Notes: generated by a model from the sequence alone, not told the origin. A stretch of DNA of 64,000 nt from Pirellulales bacterium (GCA_040901675.1 JBBDYJ010000020.1:1-64000); one strand, 5' to 3'. Numbered from the stretch's first letter, positions 30,874 to 40,272 are shown. Numbers and translations: made by a program.

Positions 30874-31283
30874 CATCCCGGGGAGCCGCCGGCCGCCTTG
30901 TGGACGACGGCGGTAGTGCACGATCACGTTGCCGGTACGTCATCGTCCAGTTGGCGCCGGATCGACGGGCGGCGCCCGACCGTTTAGCCCGCGAAGTGGG
31001 CGGCAGTTAATAGCCGGGCGGCGTAAGCCCCCGGTGCCGATCCACGTACCTGCTTTTTTTTAAGCCCGCGAAGCGGGCGACAGTACGCTGGGCAACGGAT
31101 GGTCGATCAGCCATGGGCGCGGCTAGGCCGTTGGGCGTTGGACCAAACTCTCGACGCAACGGTGATAAAGGTGCCATTCGTTCCAGGAACCGTTGTTGGG
31201 TCTTCCGCGCGGAAGGAGGGTGGTCTGGCGGGCGATTTCAATCCGCTGGCGCGCCGATCTTATCGCCAGCCTCTGACATCCCG
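30821..31283 (+). repeat. 60-bp imperfect direct repeat of the DUF1559 3' end (30821-30880 and 31224-31283)
   Basis: 52/60 identical and ungapped by manual alignment. Confidence 0.9.
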
Positions 31284-31290
31284 AGTGACT

Positions 31291-32418
31291 TCGATCGGGC
31301 GTAAAGAAGTCGTCGCGGACATCTCCGTCCACTCGACTGCACCGGCGACGGTTCCCTCCAAGGGTTCGTAGTCCGCCACGCTTCTTGAAGATTGCCATCC
31401 GTGCAGTCACCCACACCATCGCCGGCTACGCTCCTCTCAGTAGGCGCTCGGCTTCTCGACAGTTGGGGTGAATCTGCCCAATGCGATGGTAATACCAGGC
31501 GCTAAGAGTCAGCTCGAAGTTGGCGCCGGCTAGTCTGCGGCACAAACCCGCCTCGTCCTTGCACAAATAGATTGCGACGCCGACCCACCGGCGCTTTACA
31601 TCGGATAGCTCGAGGTGAGGATGATCCGCCTGCAATAGCACATAATGCGCCATAAGACGAGTGTCCTGCGCCAGCGACAGCGAGTCAATGGGAGTGCCTA
31701 CTTGGGTGAGCGCGAGCAACGACCAATCAATCGGCATATTCATTTTTGCCAGCCACAGTTCCCGGCAATCTGCCGTCGTGCCACGTTTCAGCAACCGGCA
31801 GGCACGCAGGTGCCGCAACTCCGACAGGCCCGTGCATGACAAATAGAAGTCCGGGTGATCGGTTCGCTCCGGCGTCGGGTGAGCCGGATATTCGGCAGCC
31901 TCTTCGCGACTTTCGTGGATCTGGGCAATTGCACTGAACTCCCAGTCCGTAGTGAATAGCGATTGAAAGTCACTGTTGCCCAATTTTTTGCGCAGCTCGG
32001 GCTCATTGTTGCATAAAAATACATTGACCCAGACTTCAGGCTGGCGTTGCACGTCTTCTAGTTCCACCCCAACGTGTCGGGCGTACAAAATTACGAACTG
32101 GGCCGCAAGCCAATCATGCAATTTGTAGGAAAACCAAACGATCGGAATATCGACTTCGGCCAGCCACGTAGCCTTTTCGCCTGTCACGGTGCTGCGATTT
32201 AGCACGCTGCATGCGCGGATGGGCACGAACTCGTAGCATTCGCTAGAAGTCAAAAAGAAGTCTGGTTTAGCCATAGGCCGAGGCCGAATGTGCCGAAGAA
32301 CGTTGCTTGGCCCGACGGTCACCTGCGACGTGCCGGGGAGTGGTTTACTATGGATATTACCAGCATTTGGTACCCTGACGTCCGAAGGTTCAATCGGCCG
32401 TAAAGAACTCGTCGCGGA
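31291..32418. repeat. 29-bp imperfect direct repeat of the ABC substrate-binding gene 3' end (31291-31319 and 32390-32418)
   Basis: tcgatcgggcgtaaagaagtcgtcgcgga vs tcaatcggccgtaaagaactcgtcgcgga, 26/29 identical. Confidence 0.85.
31426..32274 (-). CDS. Low-GC hypothetical protein made of two tandem homologous domains
   Basis: PDFFL..IRAC..WLA..PI.W..FVIL.A.H..EL.DV..FLC..QIH is repeated as PDFYL..LRAC..WLA..PI.W..YVLL.A.H..EL.DV..YLC..QIH. Confidence 0.75.
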   Translation of the reverse strand: MAKPDFFLTSSECYEFVPIRACSVLNRSTVTGEKATWLAEVDIPIVWFSYKLHDWLAAQFVILYARHVGVELEDVQRQPEVWVNVFLCNNEPELRKKLGNSDFQSLFTTDWEFSAIAQIHESREEAAEYPAHPTPERTDHPDFYLSCTGLSELRHLRACRLLKRGTTADCRELWLAKMNMPIDWSLLALTQVGTPIDSLSLAQDTRLMAHYVLLQADHPHLELSDVKRRWVGVAIYLCKDEAGLCRRLAGANFELTLSAWYYHRIGQIHPNCREAERLLRGA

Positions 32419-33421
32419 TGAACGCCGCCGCCGTGTCCCATTGCCTGGCGGCCGCCGCGAAATCGACCTGCATCGCCTTGATGCTGCTGGGCGTCTCCAC
32501 CCGCAGCTCCAGCGCGGCCCCTTCGTGCAGCGGAATCTGCGCGCTGGGCGAGTCGGCCAGGCGGGCTTCGACCTCCGGAGTGAGCAGGAAATCGACCAGC
32601 CTGCGAGCCTGCTCCGGATGGCGGCAGCCCTGGATGATCGCCAGCGTGTTGGGGATGAACAGCGTGCCGAGCTGGTCCGGTTCGCGGTCGGGGTAGACCA
32701 GCGCCACCGGATGGCCGTGCTCCAGCTCGATGATGGCGTCGTCGGTGTCGGTCAGGCCGAAGGCGAGTTGCCCGCCGGCCACCGACAGGGCCACCTGCTT
32801 GTTGCCCGCCAGGATTTGCACGTCGTTGGCCTTCAAATCGCGGAAGTACTGCCGCGCCTCCTCGTCGCCCAGGTGGGCAAACAGGCAGGCGGCATGCGTG
32901 GCCGTGGTGCCGAACAGCGGCTTGGCGATTCCGCAGCGGCCTCGCCAGCGCGGGTCCGCCAGATCGTAGATCGAGGTGGGACGCTCAGACTCGGGCACCA
33001 GGTCGGTATTCACAATCAAGACCCGCGCCCGCCCGGCAAAACCGTGCCACGTGCCGTCGGGCGAGCGGTACATGGCCGGGTAGCTCTCGGCCATCTTCGG
33101 GCGGTACGAGTCGAGCAGGCCCCGCTCTTCCAAACGCAACGTATTGAGGATCTCGTTGTTCCAGAAGACGTCGCAGCGGGGCCGGGCCCCTTCGGCGATG
33201 ATGGCCTGCGTCAGGCCGACCGTCTTGGTCGATTCGACGTCGAACCTGGGCCGCACCCGGATGCCCGTCTCGGCGGCGAACTGGTCGAGGATGGGACTGG
33301 AGAACTCTTTGTCCAGCGCCGTGTAGACGACCACCTCCGACTCGCTGGAGCGAATGCAGCCCACGGCCAGGGCCAGCCACATCGCCAACGACCAGCGGGC
33401 AGCGGATGACAACGATCGCAT
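32390..33421 (-). CDS. ABC transporter substrate-binding lipoprotein (Fe3+/AfuA-like family)
   Basis: Lipobox LAVGC, VVVYTALD, CDVFWNNE, RARVLIVN, FGTTATH, GLTDTDD. Confidence 0.88.
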   Translation of the reverse strand: MRSLSSAARWSLAMWLALAVGCIRSSESEVVVYTALDKEFSSPILDQFAAETGIRVRPRFDVESTKTVGLTQAIIAEGARPRCDVFWNNEILNTLRLEERGLLDSYRPKMAESYPAMYRSPDGTWHGFAGRARVLIVNTDLVPESERPTSIYDLADPRWRGRCGIAKPLFGTTATHAACLFAHLGDEEARQYFRDLKANDVQILAGNKQVALSVAGGQLAFGLTDTDDAIIELEHGHPVALVYPDREPDQLGTLFIPNTLAIIQGCRHPEQARRLVDFLLTPEVEARLADSPSAQIPLHEGAALELRVETPSSIKAMQVDFAAAARQWDTAAAFIRDEFFTAD

Positions 33422-33565
33422 GAGGATCGACTCTCCCCTCCGGTCCGGCAACCAGTCGCGAACTTCGGAAAACGGCGATGAGGCGACTGCTCGCCATTAT
33501 ACGGGCCTCCGCCGCCAGCAGGGGCGGCGAGCAACGTAATTGGCAAATGCAGCGGTTTGCTGATC

Positions 33566-33593
33566 TTGACAGGCTGGAAAGCCGATCTATAAT
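33566..33593 (+). promoter_or_regulatory. sigma70 promoter with consensus hexamers upstream of the NYN gene
   Basis: TTGACA-N16-TATAAT. Confidence 0.85.
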
Positions 33594-33599
33594 TTTGCG

Positions 33600-33658
33600 C
33601 GTACGACTCCCCGGCTGCGAGGCCGGTTTGGCCGGTCTATATGACCGGCTCTTTTTTT
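33600..33658 (+). ncRNA. Candidate ~60-nt RNA or leader: GNRA hairpin plus intrinsic terminator
   Basis: ccggct-GCGA-ggccgg (33611-33626); ggccggtc-tatat-gaccggct followed by cTTTTTTT (33630-33658). Confidence 0.55.
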
Positions 33659-33689
33659 GCGCCGCTCAGGGGGCTTTGGGGGACAGCAG

Positions 33690-34334
33690 ATGCCGCCTTC
33701 GCCCAGCAACCGCAAGCGGTCAACCATCTACATTGACGGCTTCAACCTCTATTACGGCGTCATCAAGGGCGGCCCGTACAAGTGGCTGAACCTCCAGCGC
33801 TACTTCGAGCGCCTGCGCCCCGACGACGATATTCAAGTCATCCGCTATTTCACTGCAATGATTTCCGGGCCAGAACTTGCCGATCAAGAAACGTATCTGA
33901 AGGCCCTCGAAACCCTCCCCCTCATGAGAATCATCCTGGGAAAGTTCAAGACCAGAAATGTTCTATGCCGCCTGCCAGCCTGCACGTTCGCTGGCGACAA
34001 GCTCTTTCAAGCGCCAGAGGAGAAGCGAACCGATGTCAATATCGCGATCAGCATGCTCGACGACGCATATCAAGGATTGGCTGAAAGAATGATCGTGGTA
34101 AGCGGCGATTCTGACCTCGTTCCAGCCCTCAACATCGTACGGGCGCGCTTCCCCAAAATCGAGCTGATCGTTTACGTGCCTGCTCTCAATCCCACGCGCG
34201 GGGCAGCCGTGGAGCTTCGTGCTGCTGCCGACAGGAACCGCATCCTCCCCCTCGCCCTGCTTCCCCTATCGCAGTTTCCTGTAGCTATTCCCGATGGATC
34301 GGGTGGCGTGATCAAAAAGCCACCCGGTTGGTAG
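33690..34334 (+). CDS. NYN (LabA/DUF88, PIN-like) domain protein, putative RNase
   Basis: IYIDGFNLYY, EEKRTDVNIA..MLDDA, VSGDSDLVPAL; acidic catalytic residues intact. Confidence 0.9.
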   Translation: MPPSPSNRKRSTIYIDGFNLYYGVIKGGPYKWLNLQRYFERLRPDDDIQVIRYFTAMISGPELADQETYLKALETLPLMRIILGKFKTRNVLCRLPACTFAGDKLFQAPEEKRTDVNIAISMLDDAYQGLAERMIVVSGDSDLVPALNIVRARFPKIELIVYVPALNPTRGAAVELRAAADRNRILPLALLPLSQFPVAIPDGSGGVIKKPPGW

Positions 34335-34387
34335 GCGTGTGGCGAGAGCCGCTCAAGTCTCTGCCCACCACCCCCTGCCCTCTGCCT

Positions 34388-35242
34388 CTACTCCGCCACG
34401 ACGGGGTTGGCCAGCAGCCCGACTTCGTCGATCTCGACCTCGGCCCGATCGCCGGCGCGAAGGAAGATCGGGGGCTTGCGGGCAAACCCCACGCCGCTGG
34501 GCGTGCCGGTGAAGATCAAGTCGCCCGGCTTCAGCGTACAGACCCGCGAGACGTACGCCACCAGCTCGTCGATCGGGAAGATCAACTGGTCGGTGTTCGA
34601 GTCCTGCAGCGTCTGGCCGTTGAGCCGGAACTGGATCCGCAAGTTCCCGGGCCTCGGTACTTCGTCGCGCGTCACCAGCGCCGGACCGCAGGGGGCGAAC
34701 GTGTCGAACGTCTTGCCGAGCAGCCATTGTTTGCCCGGCTTCCGCAATTGCCAGTCCCGCGCCGAAACGTCATGCCCGCAGCAGTAACCGGCCACGTGCT
34801 GGTAGGCGTCTTGCCGCGGTATGCGGCGGCCCGCCCGGCCGATGACCACCACCAGCTCGGCCTCGAAGTCGACTTCCGCACTGAGCGCCGGCAGCACAAT
34901 CGGTTGCTCGTGCGCAGCCAGCGCCGACGGGAACTTGCTGAACAGCACCGGCTCCTCCGGCGCCGCGGCGCCGCTCTCGCGTGCGTGGTCGGCATAGTTG
35001 AGACCTACGCAGATGATCTTTTCCGGATCCGCGACGGGCGGCAGCAGGCGGAGCCCTTCGGGTAGCAGGGGAGCACGGGCCAGAGCCCGCTCGAGGCGCT
35101 GCGGCTCGCGGTCGGCCTGGACCAACAGCTCCTTCATCGAACAGGCCAGGCCCTGGTCGGCCTGGTGCAAATCGACGTAACGGCCCTCGCGCCAACCGGC
35201 GACCCGGGGGCCGGATTCGGCTTGGTAGCTGACCAGTCGCAT
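34388..35242 (-). CDS. Fumarylacetoacetate hydrolase family protein
   Basis: KIICVGLNYADHA, FSK, DFEAEL, DVSARDWQ, GKTFDTF, GDLIFTGTPSGVG. Confidence 0.94.
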   Translation of the reverse strand: MRLVSYQAESGPRVAGWREGRYVDLHQADQGLACSMKELLVQADREPQRLERALARAPLLPEGLRLLPPVADPEKIICVGLNYADHARESGAAAPEEPVLFSKFPSALAAHEQPIVLPALSAEVDFEAELVVVIGRAGRRIPRQDAYQHVAGYCCGHDVSARDWQLRKPGKQWLLGKTFDTFAPCGPALVTRDEVPRPGNLRIQFRLNGQTLQDSNTDQLIFPIDELVAYVSRVCTLKPGDLIFTGTPSGVGFARKPPIFLRAGDRAEVEIDEVGLLANPVVAE

Positions 35243-35536
35243 TGGTTTTTCCAGGTTCCCAGGCCGGCGTTTTTTATGCCTCGGCGGCATTGTAAGCCCT
35301 CTTGCGTGCCCGACGCCAGCGCCCGGCGGCGGTTGTAGGGACTTTAGCGGCCGCGCGGGAGCGAGCACGCACGAGCGCCGAATTTGCCCGTGCTCCGGGG
35401 ATAACCTAGTTTTGTACAGCAGTTTTCGCCGTCGGGCTCTTGATGGCCGAGGGGGATCCCATCGGCGCGGGGAAGGCTGCCAATTGGCCGCTTCGGCAGC
35501 GGTCCCAGCCCGCTCGACTTCCAATGACAGGCACCG

Positions 35537-37801
35537 ATGGCAAGCTCTCCACGTTGTGAGTCGGATTCCAGCGAAATGCAGTCGGCCGACAGCGATTCCT
35601 TGGCGGCGGAGGGCGCGATCGCGCAGTTGACGTCGCTGTTGACCCAGTTGGACGACTCGTCGGGCCAGCAGCCCTCGTCGCTGGCCCAATTGCGCTCGGC
35701 CGAGAACCAGCTCGTCCAGGTGCGGCTGGGGGTCGCCAGCGGCTTGTTCCGCAGCTTGCGTTGGAAGCACGAACCGACCGCCCGGCATTGCCTGCGCGTC
35801 ACCATGAGCTGCTCGATCTGGTCGGCGCGGATGGGTCTGTCCGATGCTGATCGCGACGAGCTCGAACTGGCGGCCCTGTTGCACGACATCGGCAAGATCG
35901 GCGTGCCCGACGCCATCTTGACCAAGCCGGGCCCGCTGACGCCGCAGGAAGCGGCGGTGATGGACGGGCATTGGCTGATGGGCCGCGAGATCCTGCAGTC
36001 CACCTGCGCCTCCCAGGGCGTGTTGGACATCGTGGCCGGGGCCGCATCCTGGTACGACGGCAGCCGTGCTCACCTGGAGTACGATTGCGAAACGCCGCCC
36101 GTGGGCGCGCGGATGCTGTCGATCGTCGACGCCTTCGACGCGATGATGACCGATCACGTCTATCGCCGGGCGCTGTCGCGCGAACGGGCATTCAACGAGC
36201 TGTACCGGTGCGCGGGCACCCAGTTCGACCCCGAGCTGGTCAAGCTCTTCACGCAGTTCCAGGAGGGCGACCAGCTCAAGCTGAGCGAGACGGTGGCCCA
36301 GCGCTGGCTGGCGGCCTTGGAACCCGACCTGGTCAACGCCAACTGGCGGCTGCAGGAGGCCCCCTCCTCCACGGGCCTGTTGGTGCCCGAGAGCCTGTTC
36401 CAGCAAAAGATGCTGGCCAACATGTACGACGCGGTGCTGTTCGTCGACAGCAGTCTGCGTGTGGTCCAGTGGAACCGCGGCGCGGAGCGCTTGACGGGCA
36501 TCTCCGGCCCCAGCATTTACCAGCGGCGCTGGCTGCCCAGCCTGCTGGAGCTGCGCGACGAGCACGCGGAAATCATCCGCGACGAAGACTGCCCCATCGC
36601 CTATGCCATCCGGACCGGCGTGCAGTGGCTGCGGCGGCTCTCGATCCGCGGCCGCGGCGGACGGCAAGTGGCCGTCGACGCCCATGCCGTGCCGGTGGTG
36701 GCCGCCGACGGCATCACCTACGGGCTGGCCCTCTTGTTACACGATGTCTCGCCGGAGATCTCGTTGGAGGAACGCTGCGAGAACCTGCACGAGCTGGCCA
36801 CCAAGGATCCGCTGACCCAGGTGGCCAACCGCGCGGAGTTCGATCGGGCCCACGAGATGTTCGTCGCCGCCCACCTGGAGAGCAACCTGCCCTGCAGCCT
36901 GATCATCAGCGACATCGACCGCTTCAAGCTGGTCAACGACACGTACGGACACCAGGCCGGCGACGAGGTGATCCAGAGTTTCGCCCGGCTGCTCAAGGCT
37001 TCCTGCCGGCCCGGCGACCTGGCCGCGCGCTACGGAGGCGAGGAGTTCGTGCTGTTGTGCGCCGACTGCGACAACGGGGCCGCCGTGCGCCGGGCCGAAG
37101 AGCTGCGTAAAGGCTTCAGCGTGATTCCCCAAAGCGCCCTGGGCGGCCGGCCGGTGACCGCTAGTTTCGGCGTCACGGAGATTCAGCCCGGCGACACGCC
37201 CGAAACCATGCTGCGCCGCGCGGACCGGGCCTTGTTGAACGCCAAGGAAAGCGGCCGCAACCGGGTCGTGCAGTTGGGCATCGGCACCGATCCGGCCGAC
37301 TCCCGGCCCGAGCCCAAGCCGGCGCGGCGCAAGCGCCCGGCTGGTCACATCCTGATCGAGCGGGACTTGATCAGCGAAGCGCCCTTGAGCGTGTGCATCG
37401 AAAAGCTCCGCGGTTTCGTGGCCGACCACCACGCCGAGGTGGACGAGGTCGACGGCAACCACATCCGGCTCAAGATCGGCGACGAAGGCGGATCGGCGCT
37501 GCGGCGGATGGCCGACCGGCCGTTGCGGCTGGTCATCGACGTCGTCTTCGAGGAGCGCGAGCGGGAAGCCGCCGCGGGCAACGGCGGCGCCCGGCCCGGG
37601 GCCGCCCGGACGCTGATCCGCCTGGCGATCAGCCCGCAGCGCAACCGCGACCGGCGGCAGGAGCAAGCCATCGAGTGGGCCCGGCAGCTTCTGATCAGTT
37701 TCCAGGCTTACCTGATGGCCACCGAGTGCGAAATACAGCCCTCCAGCGGCATCTGGCGGCGAGCCCGTTGGTTGCTCTCGTCCTGGTTCGGCAGGTCGTA
37801 G
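35537..37801 (+). CDS. HD-GYP-like/PAS/GGDEF diguanylate cyclase
   Basis: LLHDIGKIG, IVDAFDAM; PAS WNRGAERLTG; DPLT, DIDRFKLVNDTYGH, RPGD I-site, RYGGEEF. Confidence 0.92.
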   Translation: MASSPRCESDSSEMQSADSDSLAAEGAIAQLTSLLTQLDDSSGQQPSSLAQLRSAENQLVQVRLGVASGLFRSLRWKHEPTARHCLRVTMSCSIWSARMGLSDADRDELELAALLHDIGKIGVPDAILTKPGPLTPQEAAVMDGHWLMGREILQSTCASQGVLDIVAGAASWYDGSRAHLEYDCETPPVGARMLSIVDAFDAMMTDHVYRRALSRERAFNELYRCAGTQFDPELVKLFTQFQEGDQLKLSETVAQRWLAALEPDLVNANWRLQEAPSSTGLLVPESLFQQKMLANMYDAVLFVDSSLRVVQWNRGAERLTGISGPSIYQRRWLPSLLELRDEHAEIIRDEDCPIAYAIRTGVQWLRRLSIRGRGGRQVAVDAHAVPVVAADGITYGLALLLHDVSPEISLEERCENLHELATKDPLTQVANRAEFDRAHEMFVAAHLESNLPCSLIISDIDRFKLVNDTYGHQAGDEVIQSFARLLKASCRPGDLAARYGGEEFVLLCADCDNGAAVRRAEELRKGFSVIPQSALGGRPVTASFGVTEIQPGDTPETMLRRADRALLNAKESGRNRVVQLGIGTDPADSRPEPKPARRKRPAGHILIERDLISEAPLSVCIEKLRGFVADHHAEVDEVDGNHIRLKIGDEGGSALRRMADRPLRLVIDVVFEEREREAAAGNGGARPGAARTLIRLAISPQRNRDRRQEQAIEWARQLLISFQAYLMATECEIQPSSGIWRRARWLLSSWFGRS

Positions 37802-37886
37802 ACGCGCGCGGGAGGCGGGCGGCGGAACGCTCGCGGCTTTCGACGGGCTCAAGCCGGGGCGCTCGTCGAGTCCCGTGTTTCTGAAC

Positions 37887-37942
37887 CATCCTTCCTCCTT
37901 CCTCCTTCCTCCTTCTGCCTTCTCCCCCTTCCGTCCTCCTTC
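37887..37942. repeat. Heptamer tandem repeat
   Basis: catcctt-cctcctt-cctcctt-cctcctt-ctgcctt. Confidence 0.8.
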
Positions 37943-38010
37943 AATTTGCCACTTTTCCGCGCATCGGGTATCTTGGCGCCATCGCACCATCAAATCAGGA
38001 GGACAAGACC

Positions 38011-38622
38011 ATGGCCTATAGCGTTCCCCCCCTGCCCTATGCCTTCGACGCGCTGGAACCGAACATCGACGCCCGCACGATGGAAATCCATCACGACAAG
38101 CACCACGCTGCTTACGTGACGAACCTGAACAAAGCCATTGAAGGCACCGACCTCGGCAAGCAGAGCATCGAGCAGTTGATTGCCAACATCGAAAAAGTGC
38201 CCGAGAACATCCGCACGGTCGTCCGCAACAACGGCGGCGGGCACGCCAACCACTCGCTGTTCTGGACCATCATGGGTCCAGGCGCCGGCGGCAAGCCTTC
38301 GGGGCCCTTGGCCGAAGCCATCGACAAGGAGCTGAAAGGTTTTGACGCCTTCAAGGAGGATCTCAGCAAGGCCGCCATCGGCCGCTTCGGCAGCGGCTGG
38401 GGCTGGTTGAGCGTCGACAGGAACAAGAAGTTGGTGATCGAGAGCACGCCCAACCAGGACAGCCCCCTGATGCACGGCAACACCCCGATTTTGGGGTGCG
38501 ACGTTTGGGAGCACGCCTACTATCTGAAGTATCAGAACCGGCGTCCCGAGTACGTGGCGGCCTTCTTCAACGTGATCAACTGGCCCGCCGTAGCCGACCG
38601 CTACGCCGCCGCCAGGAAGTAG
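38011..38622 (+). CDS. sodA: Superoxide dismutase, Mn-type signature
   Basis: [34 protein letters not shown]. Confidence 0.96.
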   Translation: MAYSVPPLPYAFDALEPNIDARTMEIHHDKHHAAYVTNLNKAIEGTDLGKQSIEQLIANIEKVPENIRTVVRNNGGGHANHSLFWTIMGPGAGGKPSGPLAEAIDKELKGFDAFKEDLSKAAIGRFGSGWGWLSVDRNKKLVIESTPNQDSPLMHGNTPILGCDVWEHAYYLKYQNRRPEYVAAFFNVINWPAVADRYAAARK

Positions 38623-38623
38623 C

Positions 38624-38771
38624 GTAGAGTCCCGATTTCATTCCGTTTGCCCGCTCCGTTTCTCCCGGGCGCGTGCCCGAGTCAAAGCGGGCGACTAGGC
38701 GAGATGCGCAAGCCGGCGATGGGCTCCTGCAAACGGCCAACCGCGAAAACGGAATGAAACTCACCGTCTAC
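38624..38771. repeat. Degenerate inverted pair of REP family A (REPIN-like)
   Basis: gtag...tttcattccgtt (38624-38647) and aacggaatgaaa...ctac (38748-38771). Confidence 0.65.
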
Positions 38772-38806
38772 CCCGCGTCCAGAATCGAAACAACGTATTA
38801 CTGGCG

Positions 38807-38834
38807 TTGACGGCCCGCGGCGGACGCCTATAAT
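38807..38834 (+). promoter_or_regulatory. Putative sigma70 promoter implying a ~250-nt leader
   Basis: ttgacg-N16-tataat. Confidence 0.65.
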
Positions 38835-39091
38835 CCTCGCCGAAAATGTCGCGGGAGCCGGGGACTGCGCGGGCGGCTGCTATTGGCTATTGGCGCCCTG
38901 CGAAACGCAGTGGCCCGGCGGCGGACCTGACGCGGCCTGCATGGAGGCAAACAGCCCGGCGTCAGCACATTTCTCATCAGCGTTTCGTTCCAATGTCTTC
39001 AGGGATGAGGACACGTGGGATCGCGGGGCGTTGCGCCCGCCTCCCCTGCCCGCTCCCTGACAGCCAAAACTCTTCGAAGGGCGCGTCAACG

Positions 39092-40159
39092 ATGCATGCT
39101 TTCATGGCTCGCTTTGCGGTGCTCCTCGTGTTGTTCTCCGTGGTGGGATGCCGCACCAGCGGCAAGTGGCCCGGCCTGGCCTGGGGCCGCAACAAGGAGC
39201 CGGCCTATTCGACGGCCTCCAGCGCGCCGCCGGCGTACGCGGGTCTCCCCTCGGCTGCCGGCGCCGCGGCCGACTACAGCGGCGCGCCTGCCTCGCCATA
39301 CGGCAAATACGCGGAAACGCCCAACAGCGATGCGGGTGCCGGCACAAGTGCGGCGGTCGCCCAGGACGGCTATCCCAGCCGTGGTGGCTACGGGGGCGGA
39401 GGCGGCTATCCGGCGCAGACCGCTGGATCGGGAGCCACCCAGGCCGGCCCGTACGACTCGACCTACCCGGAACAGGATGAGCGGCCCGCGAGCTACGCGG
39501 GTGGTGCCGTGACGAATCCCTACGTGGCTGGGCAAGGCCGCGACTACGGCGATTATCGCTCCGGAGCATCCGGCGGCAGCTTGGGTCAGGATCCGCTCCG
39601 CACGGCCGACGCGCGGGGCGCCCAGGCGGCCCGCTACGATGCCACCTCGCGCTACGACGCTCCCTCGCCTTACAACAGCCCAACTCAGTATGGGGCCGAC
39701 CCCACGGCGGGCCAGGAGCTCGACCGCTATCCGCCGGCGACTTCAACCGGCAACCGTTATGCCAGCGATGCGACCAGCCCCATCCAGGCGACTTCGGTCG
39801 ATTCTGATTACCAGCCGGGCCGGAGCGACTATCAACCCGGCGCAACCGGCTACGCGCCGCCGGGAGTAGGCACGTATCAAGGGGCCGGTGGTTCAGCGGG
39901 CGCGTCGGGCGCCGATCCGCATTATCGGCCTGGGGGCACGCGCGACTATTTGCCCGCCGGCAGCGGCGCGGGCACCGCCCCTCCGAACCACGGATCGCGC
40001 CAGACGACCAGGCCTGGCTCGCCGGCCGGCAGCATCTATGCCGACACCGTCGACGAAAGTTATGGCAGTTCGGCCGGCAACGACCGCTACGGCGACTATC
40101 GCGATCCCTCGGGCCCGTTGGCGCCGCCGGAGGTCAACGTGGCGCTGCCGCCGCGCTGA
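39092..40159 (+). CDS. Low-complexity Tyr/Gly/Pro/Ser/Ala-rich putative lipoprotein
   Basis: Signal peptide with lipobox VVGC; disordered body with regularly spaced Tyr; YRPGGTRDY near the C-terminus. Confidence 0.75.
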   Translation: MHAFMARFAVLLVLFSVVGCRTSGKWPGLAWGRNKEPAYSTASSAPPAYAGLPSAAGAAADYSGAPASPYGKYAETPNSDAGAGTSAAVAQDGYPSRGGYGGGGGYPAQTAGSGATQAGPYDSTYPEQDERPASYAGGAVTNPYVAGQGRDYGDYRSGASGGSLGQDPLRTADARGAQAARYDATSRYDAPSPYNSPTQYGADPTAGQELDRYPPATSTGNRYASDATSPIQATSVDSDYQPGRSDYQPGATGYAPPGVGTYQGAGGSAGASGADPHYRPGGTRDYLPAGSGAGTAPPNHGSRQTTRPGSPAGSIYADTVDESYGSSAGNDRYGDYRDPSGPLAPPEVNVALPPR

Positions 40160-40177
40160 AGAGTAAGGGAAGAAGCT

Positions 40178-40272
40178 CGACAAGGCGACAAGGGGACAAG
40201 GGGACAAGGGGACAAGGCGAACGAAGACGACGGGGGTCGTCTGACCTCTGCCTTCTGCCTTCTGATTCCTGC
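40178..40272. repeat. Octamer and heptamer tandem repeats between convergent genes
   Basis: gacaaggc-gacaaggg-gacaaggg-gacaaggg-gacaaggc; ctgacct-ctgcctt-ctgcctt-ctgattc. Confidence 0.8.

Noticed and set aside
30881..32389. Integron or prophage at the duplicated-end locus
   Set aside because: There is no integrase, no recognisable attC structure and no phage gene; reported only as an unexplained insertion hotspot.
34388..36685. 765-aa ORF as a fusion protein
   Set aside because: Only the last 284 aa (from 35242) are FAH-like; the rest is antisense to the GGDEF gene or intergenic.
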